This document shows, one piece after another, positions 50,716 through 64,000 of a stretch of DNA of 64,000 nt (its first letter is position 1; every line of letters begins with the position of its first letter). A model generated the notes under the pieces. It saw nothing but the letters and a program-made list of their open reading frames with translations, was not told the origin of the DNA and did no database searches. The translations under genes and the position numbers were made by a program. Origin of the DNA: Sphyrna mokarran (lineage: Eukaryota); contig JAGIQG010000008.1 of assembly GCA_024679065.1 (NCBI GenBank), positions 48,670,001 to 48,734,000 of the forward strand, given 5' to 3'.

Positions 50716-53700
50716 TAAGAGTCATAGAGGTTTATAGCACGGAAACAGACCCTTTGGCCTACATTGTCCATGCTGCCTTTTTTTTTGCTTGTATGTATGC
50801 TTATACCTGCTTTATCAGTACTGGGCCTGTTCCCTGCTGATTATGTTGCTGTCTGAGAGTTTTGGTTGAAAAATAAGATTTGATAACTCACAATCATACT
50901 GATGCAGAAGATTCTGAGCCTGTTTTTTTTAAACTATGTTACCACTTTATAAATATTTCTTTCTTATTCGTATCTAGTTTACTGCTAATGATACTTGTAA
51001 CCTCCCCTGTGGTTTAATGGATGAGAACTCTACCCAGTGTATTATACTAATAGGAAGGTCTGATACCCTTGGATCAAGACAAGGAAAAATCTGCAGCATT
51101 CCTGCTTTTGATTACAAGACAGCTTCTACTGCCAAAATGTACACAAGAATACATCAGACTAATGTGGGATCATCAGGTTCAGTTGTGATGACTTCCAGAA
51201 GAAAGGGTTGTTTTTAAGCCTTGCAATACTCCCCTACATTCTACATCAATTATATCCATTATTAATAAATAGTGAGTAATTGCAAGTTTTTTGTTTAAAA
51301 TGCTGACAAACTCCAGGACAGTTCTTACTGAAGATTATTGTTGGGATTATGGTACTGGCTTAGCACCCCACAGATCATAGTACCCTTCCCTTAGACATAT
51401 AGATATTGTTCCAAGAACACACTGTGCAGAATTTACTGCAAACATTAAATTCCGCACTCTCTAGTTTGAAAGTCCCACTTATGAGATAATGCACCTCTTT
51501 AAAAGAACTGTACAATAGTTCTAAAGTAATAACTGGTATTTCTAGCATCCAAGTTAGTTGGAATTCTTAAACATATCTGTCAAATATGACATCTTGCCCT
51601 ATATTTCCCTACTTGTCTCATATTTGGAACTTTCTACTTCTTCCATTCTCCATAAATATGAAATCAATTTATTCCTACTTCTCACAAAGATTGCCTTCTG
51701 AAGTAAAAAGCATGTCTAATTCAGGTAAGGACTCCACTTCGGAAGGTGTTTTGTGTGAAACCTATAGTGTAGTAACACTTACTCCCAGATACCTACTGCT
51801 GTTTGTTTTTAATTAACAGGGGACATGTGTCTCCAGATGTTTAGAATTATGAAAGAAAAATAAATTGTGTCAAATAAGTTTCAGTCTAGTCTTTGTTGTA
51901 AAATATTACTTGCATCATCTTTCATTAATCCCCTGATAATGCACTTAATTGGCACAATCTTGTGCCTTCCCCTGCGTCAAGTTTGATGGCATTTATTTTC
52001 CCAAATCCAGCGTGATTAAATCTGTGGTGGGAAGGCCTGTGGATGGTCTTGTCAGTCACATTGTGTGGCAATTATCTTGTTAAGGAAATTGCTGGTTAAA
52101 CATGACATTGGTTGTTCTGTATAGAGACAGCTGGAACACTTCAATAGCGAACTTCTTGTACATTGGTAGCACTGAGGAAATGCCTTACAATAATTGAATC
52201 TAAAAGACCAGTCTGTATTGATTCTTCCACCAGTCACTTGTTGTGAGTAACCACCGCCAACTGATGGCATTAATTGGTTAAGGTCCTCATCATGGCACCA
52301 TAGGTATTAACCCAGCAGTAGGCAGGTGCTCATCATTTGGGGGAAGAAACCTGTGCTGGTGTGCTAGGGATCTGATCAAGAAAGTCCATTGAGAGCCACC
52401 CCACAAATCCTCCTCCTCCCCCAGCCCTCACACCATCACTACCTGTGGTCTGGAATCCAGTAAACCCTTGGCCTAGAGTTGGTGTTATACCAGCAGCAGC
52501 CACTACCTCCTTGGTGGTGCTGCCATTCATTAGAGCTGCTAGCCTCTGATTGGCAGGCCGTATTTCCACTCCTGGGTTTTATAATATCAAAATTGACCTT
52601 CCATGTGCCTGAGCAGCTTCAGAAAAGAGGCAACACTGGGCTCTCAATGATTGTTTGGCCAGCATCCAAAACTCCAGCCATTGCCTCCACTAGATCCTGC
52701 CCATTATGTTGTGTTTGATAAAGAGGTGACTCCCTCCCTACTCTCCACACAAAGGCATTAACTCTTTAATTAATTTTTAAGGCATTAACTGTTAATTAAT
52801 TGTTTAATTAACAATTAATTGTTTAGCGTGTATTTTTTATATAAAGAATCAAACTACCCCATATCCTGATTTAATGATTTGCTTTGTAATTCTGAAATGA
52901 CACAAGAATAGGTGTTTTTCCGTGAATTGGATGTGACTAAAATTGAGGGCAAGAAGGTTGGAAATATTGAAAAGATTTTAAACTCTGACTCCCATTGCTG
53001 AGTATTATGGAGCTACTTCAGGGGCTCAGGGATGTATGGGTGAAGTGATGCTGGAGGGCAGAATACTCTGCCATACAGCACTGAAGGTGCTCATACTGTC
53101 CACGATGTTTATGTCAGTATTTTTGAAAGAGCTATCCAATCAGATTCACTGACCTGCTCTTTTCCTATAAACCTCCACATTTTCACTTTTCAATTAAATA
53201 TCCAATTCTGCCTCGAAAGTTGATGTTGAACTTGATCCACTTCTCAGGCCCCCCAGATCATGAATTGATTTTTATTTTTGAATTCTGGTAATGAAAATAA
53301 AAGCTGGTCCCATCCCTAATGTTGAATGGGTGGCACCTCAAGCTTATAAATGTGAGCCAAAGTCCACTTTCAATGGTAGATGACAAAGGAGGCTACCAGA
53401 CATAGGCCTTCATAGTCCTCTCTTCTCCTCACCCCACCTTGCCCCAGGCCCTAATCAGGTTCAGTCAAGATGTTCTTAGCCTGTCTGTATGATTGTGATG
53501 AGGCCTGGACCCAGAACCATGGACATAACTTTAATCACTGCTGCAGACCCAAAAGGCACTGAGAGCTGGAAATTCATTTAGGACATGTTGTGGGAATGAA
53601 GAAGGATTGTACCAATTTCCTTTTTAAGCTTTGACAGTTTTGATGGATGTCCCTTTCAGATTTTCTAATGTAACGGATGCTAGGTACAAGACTTGATGCC

Positions 53701-54319
53701 AGATTCTCATGGTCAACTGGGTATTTAGCAAGCCTAGCAGTCGCAGATAAAAGGAGGGGATAAACCATGCAAGGGTCCTCTCCCACTTTGCATGACACCC
53801 CCAACGTTTGTGCCGTTGTCCCAGTCACAGAAGAGGGAATCCATTTTCATATCTCACAAGTAAATTTCATCCTTGCCATTCTGCTGATAGCTGGCAAGAT
53901 TGGACACGACAAAGAATGAAATCTGCTGAATGTGTATTTTTCTTTGCCCTTGCATCAAAAAACAACCTAATGTCCCTTTAGCCTTCTGTGGTTAGTTTGT
54001 GATTATCTCTGTTTGCTGCCAGGGCTGGGTTATTCTTTGTTCCCTTTCTCCTAACATTATCAAGCTTTCCTGGTCTATACAGCTCCAACTATAGAGGCAG
54101 GATGAATATCTACTCCCCCAATTCTGTCTATATTGAAGATCTAGTATCATGCACCAGTATGTGTAAAACATCTACATTCTCTATTGTCACGAGGTACTTG
54201 ATTTCTGCTTAAGTTCTGACCATAGCAAGATGGTGGACATTTCATCACAATGGGGGAAAATACAACCCAGGATCTCCTACTTTGGAACTGTCTTTTATTG
54301 GGACACAAAAGCCTTGTCC

Positions 54320-54600
54320 ACATAACCCTCAAATCCTTTACTGACTAAAAATCTGTCAATCTAGCCTTGAACACACTTAGCAATCCAACCTTTACAGCCA
54401 TTTGCGGTAAAGAATTTCATAGATTCACTATTCCCTAAAAGAATAAATTTCTTCTCATCTCTGTCTTAAATGTGTGACCACTTATTCTTAAGATTATGCT
54501 GTCTCATCCTAGGCTCTTCCACCAAGGAAAACAATCTCTCAGCATTTCCCCTATCAAGCCCCCTATATGTCTCAATAAGGTTGCATCTCATTCTTCTTTT
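54320..54600 (-). mobile_element. CR1 3' UTR fragment
   Basis: Similar to 60460-60720 (aaaaatctgtcaatc...gaatttcatagattcacta). Confidence 0.7.
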
Positions 54601-55369
54601 AATTAAAAGCAATTTTTACAGATCCAGCATTTACATCAGACAAAAAGGCACCTTTACAACACTTGGACCCACCTGATTTCTACAGTCTTCTGTTGCATGC
54701 CTCTTCATTTATAAATGAAAAATAAGAATTCAATAAGAAGTAAGTTTTATATATGTAACTGTGGCCCCAACATTTTTGTAGTGTGGGAAGGTGTAAGCTG
54801 CAATGGATTGTTTGAGAGAGCCAGAACTTGAGGCATAACCTGGTTGCCTGGGACTGCAGTTCCATGCAATAAACAGTGGGAATCTCAATGGAATAGGATC
54901 TTTACTTACCCTCCCTGTCTCAACACTCAAGCTTGCCTCCCCTTGTTCCTGGGCTTCCTTAAGAATTCCACCACTAATAAGCTCAGCAGCACCCAGGTCA
55001 GTGAAGCTGGTATAAGTCCCATACTGAACTAAGATTTACTGCCAAAGATAATTGGTCCCAGCCGTGATCAATTAGCTTTACAATCATAATATTTCCCTCT
55101 TTGAAATGCAGGGAATTTGTCCCATTTCATTGGCCTATGAGTCATCACTATGGGAACATGTTGTTTCCAACACTGAGGCCAGCAGTCAAAGCTTGAGCCT
55201 CTGTTCCATCTGTGTAGGCCTGATCCATTTATCATAACTATCGGCTCTAACCCCAACTTGAGATAGGGCCATGGTTTCAGCTCCAGGCACACATTCACCA
55301 GTTGGAGCTAGTGAGCCCAGAATACTTGCTGAGAGAAGCTGTGGTGCCCATTTAAAGAAGACATATGTT

Positions 55370-55590
55370 TACAGATGATAGAAGGAGGCCATTCAGCCCA
55401 TCGCGTCTGCACCGATCACAATCCTTCCTATAACCACATGCATTTACTCTAGTTAGTTCCCCTGACACTAAGGGGAAATTTAGCATGGCCAATCCCCTAA
55501 CCCACACATCTTTGGACTGTGGGAGGGAACCGGCTGCACCCAGAGGAAGCCCAGATAGACAAGGGGAAACGTGCAAACTCCATGCTGTCA
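55370..55590 (-). mobile_element. HE1/V-SINE, head truncated
   Basis: gaaggaggccattcagccc...tttagcatggccaatcc...catctttggactgtgggagg. Confidence 0.85.
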
Positions 55591-57489
55591 AATAAAATGC
55601 ACATAAAAAATGGCATCTCTGAGTGTTGTGCTTCTGTATTATTTTATCTTTAAATAAATCTAGACAGACAGTTTAATCCTGAGCACGGTTGTCTTAAAAT
55701 TTACTATTCTTCCATTTTCTGAGTTGATTGGAGATAAAAGGCAAGTTTCTCACACACAGTCTAACTTCCTAAATGCTAAGGCAGTAATTTGACAAGTGGC
55801 TAAATGTAGAAGCACAAAACTTCATTAGTGAATGCTTGAACATAATGGGTAATTGCTCAAAAAGATGGGTAGAAAGGAAGAAAATCTTAACTTTCAGTAT
55901 ACAATTTCTTGAAGTGTTCCTGAAATATGCAATTTCATGTCCACACTCCCAAAGTGCAAAGTGTATCTTTATGCATTAATTACTCCTACCTGTGCACTAG
56001 AGAGATTTTACTCGGTGTTTTCTCTTCAACATCAGTTTTGGCCAGGTACGCTACAAGGAAATCACTTTGTTGTATGTTTGCATCTGTAAAATATAAAGCT
56101 GTACCTGGATGTTCACATATGTACATCACATTCAATATCCTGGTTCCTAAGAAGCCAGGTGATAGGTTTGTTTGATATAGTGTATAGTGTTTAGAATCTT
56201 CCTCATATGACCAAATGACAATGAGTTTACAACTTAAATTGAAAGCTATCTATCTTCACCAACACACAGCAAATCCCATGATGGCAGTTTGAGAATTTGA
56301 ATTCAGTTTTTGCGATAAGATTAAAAAGCTGGATCAGTTTAGGTGACCACAAAGCTGTTGGATTGTCATAACATCTTTCTGCTTTACTTTTGCCCTTTAG
56401 GGAAGGAGCACCTGTCATTCTTATTTGAGGTTGAATTCTCTCCATAGAGGTAGAAAGCTCAAGCCAGAAGTTTTCCAAACGCAACAGACCCATCTCCTTC
56501 AAAAGATCCCTGCCCACCATATTTTCATTCTTAGGTGATGGGGGAATAGGATGGAGTCAAGCACACTACCTCCAGAGGCAGTGATGGATGTGGGCAAGTA
56601 TCAAGACTTGCCCTAGGCATTAGTTAGAAGGCCTGCTCCAGTTCTTTGGGACCGCAATGAGTTGTATTAAAGGCTTTTGGAGCCTCTAGTTCTTTCCTAT
56701 TGCACCCTTTCTATCCACTTCGCATGCGCTGTCCTTAACCCTTTCATGGCCAGCATCGCCCCGCCCCCTCCACCTCCTTCTCCACATTCTGCATGCTCAT
56801 CAACCCACTATGCACCATACTATTACCAATCAGCTACATAATAACAAATGTTGAGTCTTGAAATGCACTTAAAAAACACTCATCTAGAAACCTGCTTTAT
56901 AAAAAAAACTAGTCTATGTACAATTCTATAAAGCATCAGTCATTATAGTATCAGTAACAGAAGCTTTACCTCACTTCATTCCCCTTAATGTTGTTCAAAT
57001 AAACATAAACATTGAAAGAAAGAGTTCAAAGAATAACTTCTTATAAGCTAATAAAGATGTTAATCAGTCAAAACAAATACTTCGCTTCCACCTGTGAAAA
57101 CAGATGTCTGCTGAGTTAATTCATTAGTGAGCTCCAAGCATTTATAATGAAGTCATCTGTGAACTGTATCAATAGAAACATCTGTTTCTCCAGGTAGTCT
57201 TGTTAATTAAAAAAAATTATCTATTTGTTCTATTATTTAATGTGTTTTAAATATCTTATTAACAGATTATATATTCCTTAATAGGATGAATACTTCTCTC
57301 AAATAAGTTTTTCCATTTATATCAAATTTGTAGCTCTTAACCTACTGCGCTGCATTATAGTTGGTTTCGTTTTGTATTTACTGAATTAAGGAATGTTTTT
57401 CTTTAAAGTGCATATTTGTTGTCCATAATTGGTTGCGCTGAGATGATATAGCGGAACTTTCTTCTTGAGTACTGATGACGATGAAGTTC

Positions 57490-57750
57490 CCAAAACGATC
57501 TCAGGTCAGGAATTTCAGGATTTGAACTCAGTGACTATGAGAGAATGGTGAAATATCTCCAAGCCAGGGTGGGATGCAGTTTGTAGATGATGATGTTTTG
57601 ATGACATTGCCGTTTTTGATCTCCTTGGTGGTAGAGGTCCCTGGTTTGGGAGACATAGTTGAAGTAAACTAAGTGAATTTGTTCAGCATATTATGAAGAT
57701 TTCACATACTGTAGTCATAGTGTACCAATGGCAAAGACATTGAATGTTGA
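57490..57750 (-). mobile_element. CR1-like 3' fragment
   Basis: ggaatttcaggatttgaactcagtgac...ctccttggtggtagagg; same family as 21010 and 39365. Confidence 0.55.
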
Positions 57751-59004
57751 ATCTCTCAGAATTATAAAAGTAATGATAATAATGCCTAGTTACTCTTCAA
57801 TGTTCTTGGCAGCTCCATGATTGTATTTAATACATGTGGGCAAAGGGCAAGTGTTAAGCAGTACCTCTGCAATAGAAAAAAAGTGGAGCTTTTAAATTGC
57901 ATATGAAAAGGTAACACAACGAGTTGGATAATTGTGTTTTTGTGACTGAGAGCTTGAGTTTGAATCCAATTTAGAACGATAGTCACAAATTTCCACTCGT
58001 ACTGCCGCTCATGTTTGCTTTGTCTCCTTTACAGGTGAACCCTTCTGTTCACAGGCAGGTACCTTCTCATGTTACATCTGTGGTCATTTCTGTTCTCACT
58101 TTCTATCTTCACCATTTTGTACTGAACATAAATATTTCAGACAAACTTTCTGCTGTTGAAGGGAAGATAGATACAAAATTGGCCAGAGGAAGAGATGTAT
58201 CAAAAGTACAAAGAGGAGGTGATGAGAAAAAATTAACATGAGCACAAGGTTGTTGTTAAAAGTAACATGAGGAGGAGATGGACAATTAGCAGTTCAGCCA
58301 CCCATTGACCATAAAGGAGAGGAATGTCAGGCATGGTGCACTATAGTGGCCAATCCACTACCAACCATTTTTCACAACTACAGAAAGCTAAAATTATTTG
58401 TCCTGTTTGTAGCATTGTAGATAGGTCAATGGGTCCTGAACATTAAAATAGGAAACACAGGTAAAAACTTCTTTGAATTGGCACTTTGCTATTTGATGGT
58501 TAGGCATGAACTAGTAGTTGCAAGACAATCCTTGGATTACCATCAGCACACGTGATGTGACACCTTGAGAAGTTTCAACTGGTGTCTAGCTCTGTAAATT
58601 GCCTTTTAGATAATAGCTATTGCAGAAGAACATCACTTTTAAAATGTGTCCTCCAAATGACCACATAATCAAGTACTCTTTTATTTAATTGATCAGAAAC
58701 AATATACTTTTCAGTTGGCTTGCATCTTAGGAAGTTAGATGGATAATATATGGTTGTACCCCTTATGTTTTTGTGTACTTCAAATAAGAATAGACCGCTA
58801 GCTATACACGACATGGGTATTACTGAAGTTAATGTTGGACTTCTTGTAAAACCTGTTTCACCTCTGATGGTAATTTAGATGAGATATTAAACTTGGGGCT
58901 AGCTTCCCAGTTTGGGTGGGTTTTAAAAATCCCATTCTGTAAAGAGAGTAAAAACTTATCCCAGTATCCTGGATGCCATTTAACCTACTTGGTTCTATTG
59001 CGGC

Positions 59005-59995
59005 CACAGAGATCACCCCCCTTGATTATTTACAATCTATTATAATGACTTGAATAAAAGAACCAAGTGAATGGTTACTAAAATTGTTAATGATAACAAG
59101 ATTGGTAGAAGAGTAAACTGTCAAGAGAAGGTAAAGAGTCTACATAAAGATTGCAGGTAATTTAAGTTAGTGGGCAAAAGATTTAGCAAAGGATGTATAA
59201 TATGTGAATTCGTCCATTTTGGCATGAAAAATAGAAGAGCAGCATACTATTTAAATGGAGAGAGATTGCAGGACTCAGTGGTACAGAAGGATTGGAATGT
59301 CCTAGTACATGAATTACAACATGTTAGTATGCAGGTACAACAAGGATGAGAAAGACAAATAAAATGTTGCCATTTATTGCAAGGGGAATGGAATGTAAAA
59401 GAAAGGAGGTTTTACTGCAACTCGGCACTAGTGAGACCAGACCTGGAATACTGTATATCACTTTCATCTCCTTATTTGAAAAAGGATATTACTGGGTTAG
59501 CAGTTCAGAAAACTTTCATTTGACTTGCTCCTGGGATGAAGGGTTTATGTTATGAAAGATTGAACAAGTTGGGCTTTTACCTATTAGAGTTTAGAAGAAT
59601 GAGGGGGATCTTATTGAAGTATGTATGATCCTGAGGGACTGGACAGGGTGGAGTACGGGAGAATGGTTCCTCTTGTAGAAGAGATCAGAACAAGTGAACA
59701 ATGTTTAAAAGTAAGGGATCCCCTTTATAAGGCAGAGGATGAGGACAATTTTTCTCTCTCAGAATGTTGTCAGCCCATGGAATTCTCTTCCCCAGTGAAC
59801 AGTAGAGCTGAGTTATTGAACTTATTCAGGGTTGAGTTAGATAGATTATTATAGACAAGCAACTTGGGGGTTATGGGGTGTGGAATGGGGCAGACAGGAA
59901 GTACAGTTGAGACCACAACCAAAACAGCCATGATCTTATTAAATGGCAGAGCAAACTCACGGGCCTATTGGCCTATTCTACTACTAAGTCCTATA
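59005..59995 (+). mobile_element. CR1 LINE 3' fragment
   Basis: RKTNKMLPFIARGMECKRKEVLLQL; 3' end cagccatgatcttattaaatggcagagc...tggcctattcta. Confidence 0.85.
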
Positions 59996-59999
59996 TTCA

Positions 60000-60355
60000 T
60001 ATGCTGCTGAGACAGAAGGTTACGGGTTCAAGTTCCACTGGAGTGTACAATAAATTCGGAGTAATATTGGAAGAGTGCTGTCATTATAATGAGATAATTG
60101 CCTTCTCAGTTAAATAATGAAAAATCCCAAAGCATGAAGACAAGTGGAGAAATTCTCCCAACGTCGGTAACTAGCATCTATTCCTCAATCAACAAAACAA
60201 GGTCTCTAGCCATTTATCTCATTGTTGTTTCTCAGAACTTTGTGTGTAATCTGACTGCTGTGTTTGCCTACACTTCTAAAGTACGTCCTTAGCTATGCAG
60301 TACTACAGGATATCCTTAGAATGTGAACATCATATGTGAATGCAAAGTTCTTATT
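60000..60355 (+). mobile_element. Deu-domain SINE, decayed
   Basis: B-box gggttcaagttcc, Deu-like core, tail atgcaaagttctt. Confidence 0.55.
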
Positions 60356-60356
60356 T

Positions 60357-62115
60357 CATAGGAGCAGGAGTAGGCCATCTAGCCCTTCGAGCCTGCTTCG
60401 CCATTCAGTAAGATCGTGGCTGATCTGATAGTGGGTCAGTTCTACTTAACAACCTGTTCCCCATAACCCTTAATTCCCTTATTGGTCAGAAATCTATTTA
60501 CCTGTAACTTAAATACATTTAACAAGGTAACCTTGACTGCTTCAATGGACAAAGAATTCCAAAGATTCACTATCCTCTGGGAGAAGTTGTTCCTCCTCAA
60601 CTCTGTTCTAAATTGGCTCCCTCTTATTTTGAAGCTGTGTCTTCTAGTTCTTGTTTCCTTTCTAAGTGGAAATAATCTTTCTGCTTCTACTCTGTCTAGC
60701 CCTCCATTATCTTAAGTCTATAAGTTCTCCCCTCAGCCTTCTAAACTCCAATGAATACAGGCCCAATCTATTCAATCCCTCCTCATAAGCTAATCCCCTC
60801 ATCTCGGGAGTCAACTGGTGAACCTTCTCTGCACTCACTCCAAAGCCAATATATCCTTTTGCAAATAAGGGGACCAAAATTGCACACAGTACTCTAGTTG
60901 CAGCCTCACAAGTACCTTATACAATTGCAGCAAGACCTCCTTGCTTTTATACTCCATCCCCCTCGCAATAAAAGACCAATGTTCCATTTGCCTGCTGCAC
61001 CTACAAACTGAATTTTTGTGTTTCATGCACAAGGACCCAGTAGCACATTGTAATTTTTCACTATTTAAATAAATCCATTTTACTATTATTCCTTCCAAAG
61101 TGGATAACTTCACACTTGCCAACATTATATTTCATCTACCAGATCCTCACCCACTCACTCAGCCTATCCAAATCTCTCTGCAGACTTTTTGCGTTCTCCA
61201 TGCAATTTGTTTTCCCACTCATCTCTGTGTCATCCACAAACTGTGTTGTCCTACACTCGGTCCCTTCCTCCAGATCGTCTATGTATATGGTAAATAGTTG
61301 ATGCCCCAACACCGATCTCTGTGGCACGCCACTAGTCACCAACTGCCAACCAGAAAAGCACCCATTTATTCTGACACTCTGTTTCCTGTTAGATAGCCAA
61401 TCCTCAATCCACGCTAACACTTAATCTCCAACTCTATGTACCTTAATCTTATGCAGCAAGCTTTTGTGAGGCACCTTATCGAACGCCTTCTGGAAATCTA
61501 AAAACACATCCACCGGTTCCCCTTTGTCAACAGCACTTGTTACAATCAGTAAATTTGTCAAACGTGACTTTTCCCTTCATGAATCCATGCTGCATCTGCT
61601 TGATTCAACCATTCTTTTCTAGGTGTCCTGCTATTTCTTCTTTAATGATGGATTCCAGCATTTTCCCAACTACGGACGTTAAACTAACCGACCTGTACTT
61701 ACCCTCCTTTTGTCTACTCCTTTTTTTAAACAGTGACATCACATTAGCTGTTTTCCAATCAGCTGACATTTCTCCAGAGTCCAGCAAATTTTGATAAATT
61801 ACAACTAATGCATCTGCTACTACTTCTGCCTTTTTTTTAGTACCTTAGGGTGCATTCCATCCGGACCCGGGGACTTGTCTATCTTTAGTCCCGTTAGCCT
61901 ATCAAGCACTACCACTCTCTATGGTCCCATGACCGTCAATTATCGATATACTATTTGTGTCCTCTACTATGAAGATCAACAAAAATCTTATTTAAGCCCT
62001 CGGCCATTTCCTCATTTCTCATTATTAAATCCTCCTTCTCATCTTCTAAGGGTTCAACATTTATTTTAGCCACTGTTTTCCTTTTTATATATTTGTAAAA
62101 ACTTTTACTATCAGT
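60357..62115 (-). mobile_element. CR1 LINE ORF2 RT + 3' UTR fragment
   Basis: LAWIEDWLSNRKQSVRING...VTSGVPQRSVLGHQLFTIYIDDL...FVDDT; DWKTANVMSLFKK...YRSVSLTSVVGKMLESIIK. Confidence 0.92.
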
Positions 62116-62188
62116 TTTATTTCAACAAAAACCCCCAGCAGAAATTGATGACTTATCTCATTGCTGCTCATGGGATGTTACTGGCATT

Positions 62189-62458
62189 AAGTTTATTTAT
62201 TAGTGACAAGTAAGGTTTACATTAACATTGCAATGAAGTTACTGTGAAATTCCCCTACTCGCCACATTCCAGCATCTGTTGGGTCAATGCACCTAAACCT
62301 GCACATCTTTCAGATGTGGGAGGAAACTGATGCACCCGGAGGAAACCCACGCAGAGACATGGGTTTTGTGCAAACTCCACACAGACAGTTACCCAAGCCG
62401 GGAATCAAACCTGGGTCCCTGGTGCTGTGAGACGGCAGTGCTAACCACTGTGCCACCG
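62189..62458 (-). mobile_element. HE1/V-SINE inserted in a Deu-SINE tail
   Basis: Reverse-complement relative of 63019-63310; ends gtgctaaccactgtgccacc. Confidence 0.9.
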
Positions 62459-62902
62459 ATTATTTAGCTGCTGTGTTTGTCTGCATAGCACACTCCAATG
62501 TTAATTCATTGCATATGAGTATATTGAGACATTTTAATGATGTGTTAAAGAGCCCTATAAATGCAAGCCTTTTATAATTGCTATAAATTTCCTCCATGGA
62601 GCCTTGATTTCACTGTGCAGCTATGTACGTTACCAATGGTTCTTGCAAAACAGGCTGCACAAAATAAAAAGTTAAAGGTTGTAACAATGTAATGAAGTGA
62701 TGTGAAAAGGAATTATCAAAAAGCTTTAAACAGCTTATTAGATGTACTGACATTTATAATATATATTAAATATTTCACTTTATATAGTCACTCAACTTTG
62801 TTTTCTTAGTCCAGTTTTAATATTTTAGAACATTGGTCCAGCTTCCTCACCCAAATATGATTGAATAGTTAAAGCCTGACACTTGGATTTATTACATAGC
62901 AA

Positions 62903-63705
62903 ATAGAAGCAGGAGTAGGCCATTCAGCCCTTCAAGCCCACTCCACCATTCATTTTGATTGTGGCTGATCATCAAATTCAATACTCTGTTCCCGCCTTCC
63001 TCTCCCATCCCTTAACCTGGGGTGGCACAAATGGCACAGTGGTTAGCACTGCTACCTCCCAGTGCCGGGGACCTGGGTTCAATTCCCAGCTTGGATCACT
63101 GTCTGTTTGGAGTTTGCACATTCTTCCCATGCCCATGTGTGTTTACTCCCACAGTCCAAAGATGTGCAGGTTAGGTGCATTGACTGTGCTCAATTCTCCC
63201 TCAGTGTATCCAAACAGGTGCCAGAGTGTCACGACTAGGGGATTTCCACAACACCTTCATTACCATGTGAATGTAAGCCTATTGTAACTAATAAACAAAC
63301 TTTTAAACTTTATCTCTTTAGCCTCAACAGCTATATCTAATTTCTTCTTGAAATCCACAGATTGACCACTCTCTGGGTGTAGAAATTTCTCACCTCAGTC
63401 CTAAAAAATTTACCTGTTATCCTCAAATTATGACCCTTAGTTCTGGACTCCCCTTCATCAAGAACATTGTTTCTGAATCTATCCTGTCTAATCCTGTTAG
63501 AATTTTATTTGTTTCTATGAGATCCCCTCTCACTTCCAAACTTCAATGAATGCAATCCTAATTAACTTAATCTCTCCTCATATGACAGACCTGCTATCCC
63601 AGGAATGAGCCTGGTAAATCTTTGCTGCATTCCCTCTATTGCAAAGACCTTCCTCAGATGGGCACAGCAAAACTGCACACACTACTCCAGTGTGGCTTCA
63701 TCAAC
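62903..63705 (-). mobile_element. CR1 3' fragment interrupted by a HE1 SINE
   Basis: atagaagcaggagtaggccattcagccc 3' end; resumes at 63311; caaaactgcacacactactccag. Confidence 0.8.
63019..63310 (+). mobile_element. HE1/V-SINE
   Basis: A-box tggcacagtggttagc, B-box ggttcaattccc, tail ctaataaacaaacttt. Confidence 0.9.
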
Positions 63706-64000
63706 ACACATTTAGACTCCAAACATTGGCTGTACTCCCCGCCCTCCCCCCCCCACCCAGACGCTGTCAGATCTGCAGAGATTTTGTAGCATTTTTCAGT
63801 TTTTGATCCCTATTCCTAATATTGAAATCCTCTTACAATGAAAATCTGTACAGTTTCTTTCCCTATAATTGGCTTCCAATAAAATTGTGTTTCTAATCTA
63901 ATACCAGTATCACAATCTCACATAAAGCTAGCCATCTGCCATGGACAGCCTTATTATTTGTTTCGCTATATCACATCATTTGTTTAGTTCACATGCAATG

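Noticed and set aside
52752-52825. aaggcattaact duplication and ttaattaa palindromes
   Set aside because: Short AT-rich slippage; such self-complementarity is expected at this composition.
63019-63095. tRNA gene (A and B boxes; also at 14739 and 62400)
   Set aside because: These are SINE heads that run directly into the V-domain core; no complete cloverleaf is evident.
1-64000. CRISPR array, operon or other prokaryote-type system
   Set aside because: The window has spliceosomal exon-intron structure and vertebrate repeats, with no regularly spaced repeats and no long intact ORFs.

Overview
This is vertebrate genomic DNA, almost certainly from a cartilaginous fish (shark), judged from HE1/V-SINEs, Deu-SINEs and shark-type CR1 LINEs. 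The first 16 kb carries eight phase-0, GT-AG coding exons on the + strand. They encode consecutive thrombospondin type-1 repeats of an ADAMTS9/20-family protease, best matching ADAMTS20. After the exon ending at 15881 I find no further exon, so the remaining ~48 kb looks like one large intron (or post-gene sequence). It is filled with decayed CR1/L2/Rex1 LINEs, SINEs, Harbinger-type remnants and MITEs, and short solo-LTR-like elements. There is one assembly gap (11343-11585). I see no new biological system. The best leads are a possible truncated isoform at the last exon, three related ~230 bp TG...CA elements with 5-bp target-site duplications, two long hairpins, a candidate recursive splice site and inverted SINE pairs. 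Repeat-family names and comparisons to mammalian proteins come from recalled consensus sequences, not searches. Repeat boundaries are approximate.
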